From Chlorokybus atmophyticus (taxonomy: Eukaryota; Plantae; Mesostigma and Chlorokybus algae), in the NCBI GenBank assembly GCA_009103225.1, contig RHPI01001292.1, positions 163,243 through 227,242 of the forward strand: a stretch of 64,000 bases of DNA, written 5' to 3'. The position numbers and the translations under genes were made by a program. The notes below the pieces were generated by a model. The model did no database searches and was not told the DNA's origin. It worked only from the letters and a program-made list of their open reading frames with translations. This document shows, in pieces, positions 37,301 through 50,906 of this stretch (positions are counted from its first letter, which is position 1; each line of letters starts with the position of its first letter).

Positions 37301-39419
37301 ATGGCCGTGCGTCAACCGCGGAGGCTGGCTAGGAGGGGGCTTCTTGCGGAGGCGGGCGAGGTTGGCCTGGACGTCGGCGGAGGTGTCGACAGCGAGTCTG
37401 GTGGCCGGGGTGAGGTCAAATCCGACGTGGCTATCCGCATTGACTGCGCTGACAATGCGGGCCCGTCCACGTCGTCATTGTCTTCCGCGTCTGTGAGCGC
37501 CAGCGCCAGTGGCAGCGGAGCGACGGCTGTGCTGGTGCTGAGCCGGCGGACCAGGCCGAGAGACCACATCAGTCATGCCACCACCACGGCGGCGGCGGTC
37601 GCGAGCATAGACACCGTCAGCGCCAACCACAGGGTCAGGCGCAGGCTCAGCCACAACCCCAGCGACACCGGCGCAGCTGTGGCCGAAGGCTCAGCGGTGA
37701 GGGACGCCTTGAGGCGGCGGACAAGGTCAAGGCTACGCCTAGCGCCTTACGGCAGCGTTCTTGCCGATGATGTTGACCATGTCATAGCTGACATTGCCAC
37801 TCCCGACCATGCTTCCAACTCTGACCACCGTCCGTCCAGCTGGAGAAACCCTGTGATGCCCTTCAATGAGGACCATTACACCTCCTACCATCACGCTGCT
37901 GACTCCAGCCTGTTCGCCACCATGGCTGAAATTCAGCAGCAGGCCACACTCGCTGCGAGACTGTCGTCGTCCAGAGTGATTACACGCGTTGCTGAGCTCT
38001 CCATCCCTCCTCGGCGCCAACCTCGACACGGTATGTCGTTGGTGTGTAGCTAGCTGTCATTGATACTTGGTGATTGTGAACTCATGTCTCAGCTGTCCAC
38101 CACTGTGTGCGTCTCGTGACAGCTGCAGTAGCAGCTGCATAGTCCAACTTTTCTTGCGTTGTAGGCACGGACCTGAGCCGAGGAACATTGCAAGCTCTGC
38201 GTGAAGTGAGCGCAAGCTGGCAATATCCATCTGGCCTTCAGTATCCGTGTGACCCGCTTCAGACATACTTTGCACCCACGTCAGCGCTATCATCTTCCTA
38301 CACAGCGGCGTTGTCATGGCCATATGCCGCTGCCACTGCAATGGCTGGTGAGTGGTTTGCAAGCAGCACCTTTTAGCATTGCGTGTAATGACAGCCTTGG
38401 CGTGTTCTTGCCTCCAGTGTTTGCAATAAGCAATGTGCTGGTGTAATAGTGAACACCTTGTGCTGAATGTATTTATCCAGTACCATTCCCTCGCAAGTCA
38501 CTTTCAACTGATCACATGTGTTCAGGTGGGTCGTCATATGTTGGGCGCGCCGCAGCATCAGCAGTGTCAGTGCTAGGCACCTTGCCGCTGCCTTTATCCC
38601 TCTTAGCAGCAGGAGCACACGATCCCCTCTGGCACCCTCCACCCCCGTTGCTTGCACCCGACACCCGCGCGTTGATGCAGGTGAGTCTTGTTTCATGAGG
38701 TCTTATTCTTGATATTGGGTAATTTTGGCGCGCAGCTTGTAACACGGTGCACACTGTTACAGCAGATGCTTGATGCTATTGAGGAGGTCGAAACAGCAGA
38801 TGGTCTCACGTTTGAAGAGCTTCTGAGACTTGAGGAAGCCATCGTGCAGCACGCGAGTGCGCATCGTGTTAGTCATCTTGCGGATGCTGCTCCAGATGTT
38901 GACCATATGTCTTATGAGGTACGCGGCAGACACGAGTTGCAAGGGTGTTGTTTTTGATGTTGTATTGATTTTGAAGCCATGCAAACAGGAACTCATGGAG
39001 TTGGAAGAGCGGATCGGAAATGTACCTACAGGCGTCACAGAAGCAGTTTTGCAGAGATTGCCCGTTGAACACTACCGGTCTGCAACTAATGCCGCGGGCC
39101 GCTGCGCTGTTTGCCAGGTATTTACAGAGACAGCTATGGCAGTTACATTGTTACAATGATGCATAGTGCTGACGGTTAGTTTGTTCTGCAAGCCGCATTC
39201 ATGTCGTAGGCGGCCTTGCCTTTCCTGTAGAATAGTCATTGGCAAAGGCCTTTGAGTTTTACCAGTGTTTTTCACCACTGGTTATGTCTACAGGAGGACT
39301 ACAAGGACTGTGATGAAGTGTGCTCCTTGCCCTGCAGCCATGAGTACCACTATGGCTGCATCGGTCAGTGGCTCTCACTGAAAAATGTGTGCCCAATTTG
39401 CAAGTCTGCTGTGGCCTGA
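37301..39419 (+). CDS. RING-H2 E3 ubiquitin ligase (BIG BROTHER/MBR/RNF-like C-terminus); start uncertain
   Basis: PDVDHMSYE|ELMELEERIGNVPTG; CAVCQ|EDY..LPCSHEYHYGCIGQWLSLKNVCPICK (C3H2C3). Confidence 0.88.
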
Positions 39420-40315
39420 ACTTCCCCAACCACTTTCCTTCCTGTGCATAGAAGGCCACCATGACCAATGGTGGTGTGTTGTTTGTTAAGCCTTTTTTTT
39501 TGTATTGTATATTAGGGGGCAAGGGGCAGCTTGCCACATAGGTAGAACATTAGCTATTGCTCGCAATTACAGCTAGACAGACCTAATTGGTATCGCTAGC
39601 TTGTGAGACAGGCGCGATGCCAACGCAATCAAGTAGTTGCAACTACAGGCTCAAGACAGCTGCTTACCAGCTTGAGCTATGTTGTTGATATAAACAACAT
39701 CTCCGGTGCTTCGCGCTGGGCTCTCCAAATGCTGGGGTTCCTGATTGTTGCTTTGCTGAGTTGTGCTCAAGGAGTTGGTGCCCGTGTGCCCAAGATTCCT
39801 GGTGCAAGTCGCTGCTGGAGCTAATGCATAAGACGACTGGCTGAAGGCGTGGACATGATGACAAAGTGCCGCTTACTGTTGAGTTCAGCTCAATTGACTC
39901 CGTGCCTTACTTGGTTGTCCAATGGCTTTGTCTGCAAGTATGTTCGTTGCCTTGCCAACCAAGAAACTTGGACAGACGCAGTTGTACACATGCCCTGTGT
40001 GCATTCACACGTTGCTGATGGGAGAGTTGCCCAACAGCAGCAAAAACCATACCGCATGCAGATTCAAGTGGCTCTTCATTGCATACCCTCCTATGTTTGT
40101 TGGATGTTGAGCCAGTCGCATGCGCCAGGTGTACAGGTTCTTAGTACAATCCTTGGCATCATACTAGCATCCACTTGTGCACTGGTAAGACAATCAAGTA
40201 GTCAACTGATAGCAATACAATTTTAGCACATGTGTCCATGCACGTTACAACTATGGGTACAGCTGCACTGCAGTCCTGGCCAATAACGCAACACGGCGGA
40301 AGGACTGCAGTGCGT

Positions 40316-41633
40316 CTATTCTGCTTCTGGCTTCCAAGTTTGAATTCGGCGCCAATCGCGGTGGGCGGGGTTGAGCGCGTGGCCCTTTGGTACGTATGTG
40401 GGCTTGATATCTATAGTATTTGCTTGCTCAGGAGTTGCGGAAAACGTCTTGGGTTCATTCTTTGCTTTGAATTCCTGCACATTGGGCCAAGCAGTGACAT
40501 GTGAACGAAAAAGTGCTAGTCAATAACTTGCGGGACAACAGCCAAACATGCAATTTGTCATGCTGCATGACATGCAATATTGGTATCCTCTCATGCCACC
40601 ACTGACCATATCATATAAGCATCAACGACCAAAACAGGACTGACGGCACAATTGTCGGATGCATATGAAGCAAGCTGACCACACAGAATTACGCGCACAC
40701 ACGCGCGTTGCCTGTCTGTACCTTTGTGGGAAGCTCATCAATGATGTTGTGCAGCCACCCATGCCACTCGGGTGGAACAGAGCTGGCATCATACCCCTTG
40801 GCTGCGTTGTATACTACCCACCGATGCCTGCCTGCACAACACACTCGCTTAAGCAAGCCAACATGAGGTTCGTTGCGTACAAAAAACCTAGAGCAGTCGC
40901 AATGCGGCCGCGTGATTCATTGCAAGCCACAGGACATCCAAATGTCAGTTACATGGGTGTGCGCGCTGTAGGAAGAGAATAACATATTGGTAAGTACCGT
41001 ATTGTGAGCCGGTCTTCTCATAGTACTTGTTTCCAAAACCGTCCTCTCCAACCTGCTTGCCTTCACCATGACGGAGCCGTATCTGACTGTGTACGCACTT
41101 GGCATGAACTGATCATGTAGACATGCTGATATCGTAAGAACAGCAAATGCAGGTGCAACTTACACTCTCGATGCAGACAAACAGGTGTGCTTGCTCATTG
41201 TCTGCTGTACGCATACGTACAACCTAGATTTTTATACATGTTCATTGCGTTGAATTGACAAACACAGCATAACATCAACATCAAATAGACGCACATTGTA
41301 CGTACAAGAGCACTTACAGCAAATTGCCGTCTGCCAGCTGCGTCCTGCGCAAACACACGCCATGAATGTTAGCACAGTACAACAAAAGTGACGATCAACC
41401 CCAACAACATGCTGTCAATGACATAATACAAAGCTGCAACTTCAACACGAGAACAACAACAGCGTTATAGTCTGATATCATGGGACTGGCAATAAACTCG
41501 CATTTGCAAATGAAAGCGATAGAGCTGACAGAGCAGCTTACAAGAAGCCATTGGCGACAGCCTGCTGGACCGCCTTGCGCACGCCGTGCTCCCTGACGGT
41601 GGTGAACGCTTGCCGCAGAGCATTCAACACCAT
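40316..41633 (-). CDS. NDUFA12: Mitochondrial complex I subunit NDUFA12 (B17.2)
   Basis: Four exons: [10 protein letters not shown]..; [18 protein letters not shown]|[22 protein letters not shown]..; [20 protein letters not shown]. Confidence 0.93.
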
Positions 41634-41898
41634 TGGGCCTCCGCCCCCTGTCCCCTTCCCCTCCCTCCCCGCGGACGCCACGGACAACACCGCCACCACC
41701 ACCGCCAGCCTCACAGCAGAAGCCCTAAATCAGCCCGAATTCAGTCATGCACCGACACTTTCAAGCCCGCTTGACAGCGGCAAACAAGGCGGGAGACAAA
41801 GCGTAGGTCGTCTCTTGCGGGTTTGCGTCGACAAGCGGCGCCCACAATGACGACCTGCTTGAGCAGGCTGCTGCTGGCGGGTGTGTTAGTGTGCTCAC

Positions 41899-43798
41899 AT
41901 GGCGGCGGCGGCGGCGGCGGCGGCGGTGTTGCGGCATTGTCGTGTCGCAGTGTCCTGTGGGGCTGCATGGAGTGTTCCACGCGTGAATGCTGCTGCTTCA
42001 CATGCCGTCAGGCGCTTCTCCCCCGCCGCAGCTGATGGGGAGGACTCGGCGCAGCAGCCTGCCGCCGCCGCCGACCAGGCCGGCGACGTCGCTCGCGATG
42101 TCCCTGAGAGCAACGACCTTTCCTTCATGGACGCCATAGACGACGCCCCCAGCGCTCGCCTGTCCGACCGTGATCTCCGCAGGGTATAACATGCATTCCC
42201 GCAGCCACAGCTCGCCGAGGCACTCACATTGAATTGTTGTTTGTTGTACGGCAATTGTCGTCTCTGTTGGAACATTTATTTTGAAGCACAATCTGTGCAC
42301 TTGATGGTTCCATCTGCGCAGTGCAACTCTTTGAATTGACTGGTCTATCGGCATCACATACACGCTGTTGACTGTGCATGAGCTAGTTGTCGTTATGACG
42401 TTGATGAGTAGTCACATGCTGCGTTCGCTACAGTGGCTCACTTGCCTTTCCCAACAGAAGCAAGCTTGCACTGTACTTATTGCCCATCACCTGCTTTGTC
42501 GGCTGTTAGGATGAGTCATTGAAGTGATAGATGTCCGGTCAAAGATTGTGATTCACCGTGTGCTGTTTTTGCGCAGATTGAGCCCGAGGAGGTGGATCTT
42601 AACCTTATGGGAGACGAAAGGGTCCAGCGATCCGGGCCGGTCCTCGCGGACCACGTCAAGGAAACCATGTACAAGCTCCACCAGCAAAACCCTGAGGTAC
42701 ATGTGTGCTTGGTGATGGAAACGTTTTACTGGTGACTCAATAATCGTACAATAGTGGTTCCGTAAGAGGAGAGCAGAGCAAGCGTTTGTACTAGATTCAC
42801 TGATAGCTTTGAGACATCATGATGCAAACATAATTGGGCTATAAATGCCATGTGTGCGTGCATATGCATGCATGTTGTAGGACAGCTACTGCGCTGATGC
42901 TCTATGTATTCAGCATGGTTGACATCATGTTGGCTGAGATGATGACGACATGGGAGTGCTTGGCTTGCCTCTTAGTGTAGCCTCTCACGCACGTGCAATG
43001 TCTGGTGGTGCGCAGGCGTGGACAGCAGACCTGCTGGCGAAGCAGTTTAAGGTGAGGCCCGAACGCGCTGCAGCAATCCTGTGGCTCAAGCAGTTGGAAA
43101 AGGAGGAGGAGAAGCAGCTGGGACACTCCCTTGATGACACGCTGGTGAAGCTTCATGAGAGTATGTATGGCACTTGCACAACGGGCGAGGAGGCTTCAGA
43201 GCAGGTACACACCATGTTATAATCAAGCCACTGTGGTAGCGTTTGGGAAGAGCTGCTGAAGCACATCTGCATGTTTACTCGTTGTTGACTTGTGTTGCAG
43301 CATCATGTGCGGTTGGAACCTTCGTCACCCGTGTTCAATGCGCGGAGTGAGAAGGACTTTAGAAGGGTTGAGGAGGACAAGGCGCGCATGGAAAGGGAGC
43401 ATTTTGAGAAGGAACAGCGCGAAGCGCGACTTCTGGCCAAGGAGTTTACTGAAAGAGTCAACAAGACCAAACAAGAGGTATTGTTCAACGCACATCGCAC
43501 ACGCTAAGGTGTACAAAGCACTGCAAGTTGTGTACACGGTTACACATGCGCATTCATAAGCATATACGTGCAGACTGCTGGGCTGTACAAGGACAAGTAC
43601 GGGCGGAGGCAGCCAAAGCAGGGGTGGAACTTTGTTGTGAAGGAGATAACCGAGCCCATTGACAACAAAGGGACACCTCTACCCCACACTGTCAGGTTGA
43701 ATGATGGGAACGAACGGGAACTGAGCGCAGTTGAGTATGATTTCGTCAAGCGCAAGGTTCCCAAGCCGCGGCGGAAGCCCATGTACTGGGCAAAGTAG
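41899..43798 (+). CDS. GCD1: Mitoribosomal small-subunit protein mS45 (plant GAMETE CELL DEFECT 1-like)
   Basis: Ala/Arg presequence; PVLADHVKETMYKLHQQNPE|AWTADLLAKQFKVRPERAAAILWLKQLEKEEEKQLGHSLDD; RRQPKQGWNFVV; LNDGNERELSAVEYDFVKRKVPKPRRK. Confidence 0.82.
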
Positions 43799-44893
43799 AA
43801 GTGGGGTTTCCTCGGAGTGTCCGCTAAGAGATGTTTGGCATGTGCTTGTGCCTGTGGGGGCTGAACAGATGTCCAGTTGGGTTGACCCTTCTCTGACCCT
43901 TCTCTCCAGTCACCCAGCTGCTGGGGTAGATTGTGCTTTGCAAGCTGGCTTGCTGGGAGAAGCTTGGGTTCTCCTCCTTTACGTGGCACACCACTCAAGT
44001 TATGCTTCACTCGCAGCACGCATGAGGTCGGCGCTTGACTTTGAGACATGCGCTCTGGCATGTGGGTTTGGCAAAACTGCTGGTGTCAGCATCTCTCGCA
44101 AGGCGCCTGTAGTCGCACTCTGCTGGGATCGGCTGGGGTTGGTGTTGTTGATGTTGGCAAGGATTGAACTGCTGCAGTTGGCGCTCCCGCGCAGCATTGT
44201 AGCAGCATCTTACATGACTGTAATATGGTGTTCATGTGTCTCAAGCATGGAATGTCGTGATACATGTCGCAACATCAGCCTTGCACAATCCGCAAGCAAC
44301 ATCACCACCGGGCTATATTACAACAAGATCACTGCCTATCTACCTCAACTACCGCCTTGTGTGCGTCTGGCCCAGACTTTGAATTGATGTAGTCAGCTAA
44401 CATGCCTCACACATAAGCGGCAAGTGACTGGCACTGTTGTTCATGTGGGGCCCAGTCCTTAGCATGCACAGATGCCAATGAGCAGGCCACCAAGCCAGGT
44501 ACATCAGGTAAAACAGTGTGGCCCCCAGTGACAACAGCAGCACACGCACACGATCCATACCATAGATTTGGTCAAAGTATGTGCTGACATGAAGACAGAG
44601 TGCCAATCTTGCGGGTATACTGGTAGGCTACCTACTGCTTGTTGCAGAAGTAATACAAACGCATGCTGGCGAACTGCACAACTCTGCGTGTGTGCAACCT
44701 GCAAGCACTGGTATATATGAGGTTGTAGGTTGCCTCGCCCTGTGGTGTCAACCACTAGGAAACTGCCCCAGTCCATATGTACTAATATCCGCAGTGGGCA
44801 ACTGATGTGAGTGTTGGTATTTTTTACCTAACATGCCTACGCCTTCGCAGGCGCTGTAGGCATCAACTCACATTGTACAACAGCAAGCAGCAA

Positions 44894-46838
44894 TTACTGC
44901 TGCTTTGGCATATAATCATCTACAAACGCTTGGATAAGTGCGTCAAAACTGGCATCCGCCTTGAAGCCGAGACTGCAGGCTCTTTGCGTGTCAATACTCC
45001 CCGGCCAACTTGTAACAATCTTGCTCGCAGCTGCATCTGGTCGGTGAGTTATCAACGACGCATTGCCGCCAGCTTGTTCCAACGCAGCTATCATCTCTTC
45101 GACATCAATGCTAATGCCGGGTAGACTGATCGTGCGGGTGGATTGCAATATTGGCCCTAGCTCTGCTGCAGACAAGTCATGTCCGTGGAGCAATGCGGAT
45201 ATTGCCGCACGTGGGGAAAGCAGCCACAGCCTTGTGTTCAGTGGCACTGGACAGTTGGCAGGCAAACCCGACAGCGGCTCCCTGATGATCGAAGACGCGA
45301 ATGAGGATGCTGCCATGTTGGGCTTTCCTGGCCTCACAACTATTGTTGGCAATCTTAGACACCTGCACAAACACATAATGTGTTACACGGCATTGGTTGC
45401 CAATGCCATATGCATATACAAGTTGATGTCATGTAAGTCAACAGATACACTCTGGAACAAATACAATATGCGCACATTGCATGCTAACACCAGACATGTG
45501 AAGTGATATTGAAACTTGTCCTCACCTTCCGTCCACAGCACCTCGTCTAGTAGCATCATTGATGAGTAGCTCCCCAATGGCTTTCTCGGTGCCGTACGAC
45601 GACTGCCATGTACGCATGTAGCCTACAGTCATGAGGCCGGCTGCATGCGCAATGGCACTCAAATGATACTGCAACTCCATCAGCATACACTCATTGGCCA
45701 TAAGCAGCAACACATGCAAAACTAGGTCATCATTACCAGTGGCAATGCCGGGGTATCATCTGTCACTGGAGTTTGGAAGATTCCAAAGACAGCCACAGAT
45801 GAAGCAAAGACCAGTTTTGGGGGCACGTACTCGCCATCTTGTGTCGAGGAACTCAAGCGCAGAGTCTCCAAGCGTTCCAACACTGCGATCAAACTGATCA
45901 CATTGACACGCATGCCGAGAGAGTAATCCGCCTCAGCACCGGATGACACCACTGCTGCGAGATGGAACATGCTGTCGACCTGACAGATAGATCAACGCAC
46001 TCAGCCATTGAGTGTGCGGTGCTAACAAGCGCACGGTGAAGGTGTCCACATACCGTATTATCAATCAAATCAGTAAGGACTTCCATAATGTCACCTGTGC
46101 GGAGCAAAGACTCATGTGAGGAACAACAGATGGTGAAACATGATGTGTTACAACAGCTGCGTGCATACTCGCTGCATTCGCACAGCAACAGACTTGCATA
46201 GAACTGTACAATTGGACCATATGATCACGTCACCGCATGTGGTAGTGTGCTGCATTGTAACTGTGCCATGAGGCTGCTGTGCTGCACAAGTTGCTGGCGT
46301 GCACATGACTCAAACAACCGTCACAAACATACATGCTTTGCACAAGTCTGTGATGCAAGCTGGGCAGAACCGACGAGATGGCATGTATGTGACAGGTTGG
46401 CGAGTTGTAATGTAAGACAATCATACACCCAGCAGAAACAGCACAGCTGCGACAGACTGTCCATGTACATCAACTGCTTACATCAGTAGCATGAAGCAAG
46501 TAGTGTCATGCTTGACCACAAGAGTCGTACTCGAAGACAGGCAAGCACGCTGTACCTACGATCACTTTAGCGCCATTGGGAGGATTGGCAACGGGCACTG
46601 CGTCCACCAACACCAGCTCATGCACCTGCATACATGCGTGGTTGGAGATGACACCCCCAACAACCAATGTGCAATCTCCAGGCCAATGCACAAACGCTAC
46701 ATTGCATGTCGGCTACGAGAAGAAGGCAGTCACCTTCTCGAGGCTGCCGCTGCGCCCTATCAAGCTGCCAATCTTGGCCACCTCCCCTGCCAGCCGGCTA
46801 CCCAGGAACCCGGCTGCGCCTGTGATGATAACCTTCAT
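44894..46838 (-). CDS. NAD-dependent epimerase/dehydratase family protein, D-erythronate dehydrogenase (DenD)-like
   Basis: MKVIITGAAGFLG; FHLAAVVSSGAEADYSLGMRVN; KLVFASSVAVFG; SSYGTEKAIGELLINDATRRG (YxxxK); LRLPTIVVRPGKPNMAASSFASSIIREPL; WLLSPR; KIVTSWP; LGFKAD. Confidence 0.87.
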
Positions 46839-46912
46839 GCTTGCTAGTAACAATAGATTGTAACCACCAGCAAGTCACCTCCCCAGACACATGCAGCCTT
46901 ACCGGCAGTGCC

Positions 46913-46939
46913 GCCGACAACGCCGACAACGCCGACAAC
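46913..46939. repeat. Three tandem copies of GCCGACAAC (each contains the DRE/CRT core GCCGAC) in the DenD/FBPase divergent region
   Basis: gccgacaac gccgacaac gccgacaac read directly from the sequence. Regulatory function is inferred only. Confidence 0.6.
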
Positions 46940-47246
46940 AAGACACAACGCGAGCTGTGACTCAAAGACAGCGTCAGACTAACACCATCCTAACGTCACG
47001 TTATTAGGAATGGGGTGGTGTACAGGTGGCGAATGCAACGTTCTTGTCAACTGTTAGCGTACTCAACGTTAGTGCGTTGTGAGAAAAGATAAGTACAAGC
47101 CGTTGCTGACAATTTGAAGCTGTCGTGCATTGCTGCGGGTGGCGTCGCCGTCGGTGTCGGTGGTGTGGGCGTGCTTGTGGTTGCTGTGAGGGAGTGGCTG
47201 GGTGTGGTGATAGTGGTACGCGGGGTGAGGCGGCAGTATAGAAGCA

Positions 47247-49945
47247 ATGGCGTCGGCGAGTATGGACAACTTCGCCGACACGGACATCATGACGTGCAGC
47301 CGGTTCGTCCTGACGGAGCAGAGCCGCCACCCTGAGGCCCGAGGCGACCTTACTCTGCTGCTGTCCAACATCATCACCGGCTGCAAGTACGTCTGCAGCG
47401 CCGTCCGCAAGGTGCGTTTTGCTTGTCTGCCGCCTGTGTGTGTTTGAAGCCTGGCTGAGACTGCATGCTGAGTTTGAAGCAAGCAAGTTTGCAGTTGAAC
47501 TGAACTTGCTTGCTTGCGTGCGTGCATGTGAGGCTTGTGAGTGCTTAACAGTTGTCTGCTGCAGGCTGGACTGGCCGCCAACATTCTGGGGTTGGCTGGA
47601 GCACAGAACGTGCAGGTGAGCATATATAGCTTATGAAGCCTGCTTGCAGCAGTGTCTGTTGGGGGTTGAGCCCTCAGTATTGGAAAGTGCGCTGCAAAGG
47701 GGTGGAAAAGCAAAGACCTGCTTTACCAGTGCTGATGGAGAGTGGCATTGTGCCTGTGGCTGGCAGGGTGAGGACCAGAAGAAGCTGGATGTGCTGTCGA
47801 ACGAGGTGTTTGTGAATGCGCTTCTGAGCAGCAGCAGATGTGTAAGCAGCAGTTGGAGCTTGAACCAATGCGCAGACATTGTGAATTCACCAACGATGCT
47901 GTCGCTCGATTGCCCTGAGCACTTGTAGCTCACATTCACTGCAATGTGTGCAACCTCAATCAGGATTGTGTCCTTATTAAGGTTACGTTTCACAGTCTGT
48001 TTTGGTGAGTGAGGAGAACGATGAGCCTATCTTCGCAGATGCCAAGCAGCGCGGCAAGTACGTGACCATGCATATCAATGTCATTGTTGTATGCAGTCCT
48101 GCTGGAGAATCCTGTAGCTGACAGCATGTACGTGCAGGTACTGTGTAGTTTTTGATCCGCTTGACGGCTCTTCCAACATCGAATGTGGGGTGTCCATTGG
48201 CACGGTAACAGCTTAACTTCATACATTGCAAGTCAGTGCATGGATGGAGTGTTGTCTAAGCCTCATGCTTCGCAATGCAACAGATTTTTGGGATATACAC
48301 CGTTCAAGATGGTTCAGAAGGCAAAGTTGAAGATGTGTTGCAGCCCGGGCACACGATGGTGGCGGCGGGGTACTGCATGTACGGCTCCTCTTGCATGGTA
48401 CGTCCTGCTGCTATATCCACTCAATCAACTGTCCCCCAACGTGCAGTCCCACCAAGCACTGGCAATCAACTTGTCCACAAACATGTCGTTGGTATTTGCC
48501 AAGAGCCAATAACGACCAGTGAGTCACTCAATTAGTCAATCAGACAGGCCACAATATGTTCAGCAATGCAGCAATTTATGCAGTGTCTTGCAGGTTGAAA
48601 TGTTGGTCATACTTGACACATGAGCCAATGTTAAACACCCAGCCACTCAGTCAGGCCAGCCACACTGTGTTCAGCAATATAACGAGATAAGCTGAGGGCG
48701 CTCTGCACGCTTTTTACGAACTCATTGCCCATGGAATGCTTACATAAGCCGCACTCCTTCACCCGAGCCCCCTGATGTTACAAATCTTGAACCGTTTCCA
48801 CGATAGTGCTTGCACAACAGAGTGGGATACCTTTGCAGTAATGGCCGTCTGAGAGATGTTGTGGTTGCTGTCGTGCTGTTGGAAACAGTGCCAGCGCGAG
48901 CTGGCCCTGCTTTAGATGCCCTTGAACGTGCACAAATACTGAGATACACGTTTACAGAGTTGTGTATAGGTCTAACACGCTGTGTGATGTGTTTGCAGCT
49001 GGTTCTCAGTACTGGGGAGGGCGTCAACGGCTTCACACTCGATCCGTCATTGGGAGAGTTCATCCTGACGCACAAAAACATTCGGGTATGATTAATGCGG
49101 TGTAGTTACGTAACTGCCAAGGAAACCAGTTTGGGCTGACAATCTGTTGCCAGATACCTGAGAAGGGAAGCATCTACTCCATCAACGAGGGAAACGCCGC
49201 AAACTGGGACGATGTCACCACAGAGTGAGTTGTTGGTTTCTTGCACATTCATGTTGTGTGGCGACAGTTGATAACTCTTGCAGAGCCTCCAACTGACAAG
49301 CAACATATTTTCAGGTATGTGCAAAACGCCAAGCACCCCAAAAACGGAGGCAAAACCAAGTCGTTGCGATACGTTGGCAGGTACATGTTGGCAGGCTGAC
49401 CCATGAAGCCTTTTGGTTCTGCCATGGCGACCAAGCCGCAAACTAACAGATGTGTGGTCGTCGCACAGCATGGTCGCTGATGTGCACAGAACGCTGTTGT
49501 ACGGTGGTGTCTTCATGTACCCTGCCGACAAGAAAAGCCCGAGCGGAAAGCTTCGGTGAGCTGCACTGTAACCTCTCGTGTTCTTCCATGCACCACCTTA
49601 GCCCAGGGTGCACAGATCCGCACCCGCATGCATGCATGCGCGCACTTATGTGTGCAAGCACAAACACGTGTGTGTCTTTAACAGGCTACTTTACGAGTGT
49701 TTCCCAATGGCGTACCTCATGGAGAAGGCTGGTGGGTCCGCCATCAGCAACAAGCAGCGGGTATGTTTGCAATGCACCCGTATTCCAAACTCGCCAACAT
49801 TTGCCCAACTGTTGTGTTATGACCACCTGGTTTGTTACAATTGCAGATTCTGGACGTTCAGCCCACCAAGATTCACGAGCGCTGCCCCATCTACCTTGGC
49901 AGCAAGGCTGACATTGAGGAGATTAGGCAAGCGTATGGCTTTTGA
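47247..49945 (+). CDS. FBP: Cytosolic fructose-1,6-bisphosphatase
   Basis: No transit peptide. [98 protein letters not shown]. Confidence 0.97.
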
Positions 49946-50906
49946 GGTGTTGACGGCAACGCCTCGTTGTATGCGCACTAGAGGTCTTGAACATATTGCA
50001 ACTCTGTTGGATGGTCACTACGCACAAAGCATGTTGATTGGTGCAACAACAGCTTCTGAAGAGATGATTGAGCGAACTGAGCGCAACAAGTAATGACCTG
50101 CACTGAACCTTCAGCACAGGGTGTTTCTGCGTACAGTGGCTGCGCGAAACTGTTGAATTAGCAGTTCAAACAAATAAGCAGCAGTGCAAGGCAGGCCGGA
50201 CGTGCACCTTGATTTTGGTTTATTGCCCAACACTATGTGCAGTGGGGTGCCAAGGCATGTATGAAGAAGTTGTAACTTATCATATCCCTCCGATATTGAT
50301 GTGTAGCTAGTTGCAAACTGATTGGTAAGCCTCACTTTTGGAGCAGATGTTTAGGGTACAACAGAGGGGCGCAGAGTACAAGCAGACAACACAGTAAGAA
50401 ATGACAAGCAGAGACACAGTGACCAGCCAGACCAATTGTTTGACGTTTGCACAAGTTGCACTCTGTTTATGACAGTATAGGTGTCAAAGTCAGCAGCAGC
50501 AAAAGCATGTTCATGGATTGATACACAAGCAGAACTGTAACACAATATGTAGCGTATGACATCAGATGTTGCATCGGCACCTGGTGCAATGGCCGCTTCA
50601 AGAAAAGAAGATAATGAGTCACAGCCAACCAATTACTCGAGCTGCGCCCAATTGAAAACAACTCTGATCTGCAAGTGTAAGGTGGTAGACTGCCCTCACT
50701 TGTGCACAGTAAGGCCACTCGGTAAGGCCACAGACTGCCACGTACATAATATTGTGCAGCAAGTGACTACTTAGTCAATGTTGTATGTTGCGCGTGCATG
50801 CTCGCAGCTAACGACTGCCACTACTGTAAACCACACACGTACATTACTATATGTTGCAGTACGGTAGAGTCCACCAGCCCAAGCAGTCACCTCCAAATGA
50901 AACCGG

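Noticed and set aside
11150-47075. CTAACG/CGTTAG hexamer seen in several divergent promoters
   Set aside because: It also occurs in introns and 3' regions (branch-point-like CTAAC) and is absent from some pairs. No enrichment can be supported by eye.
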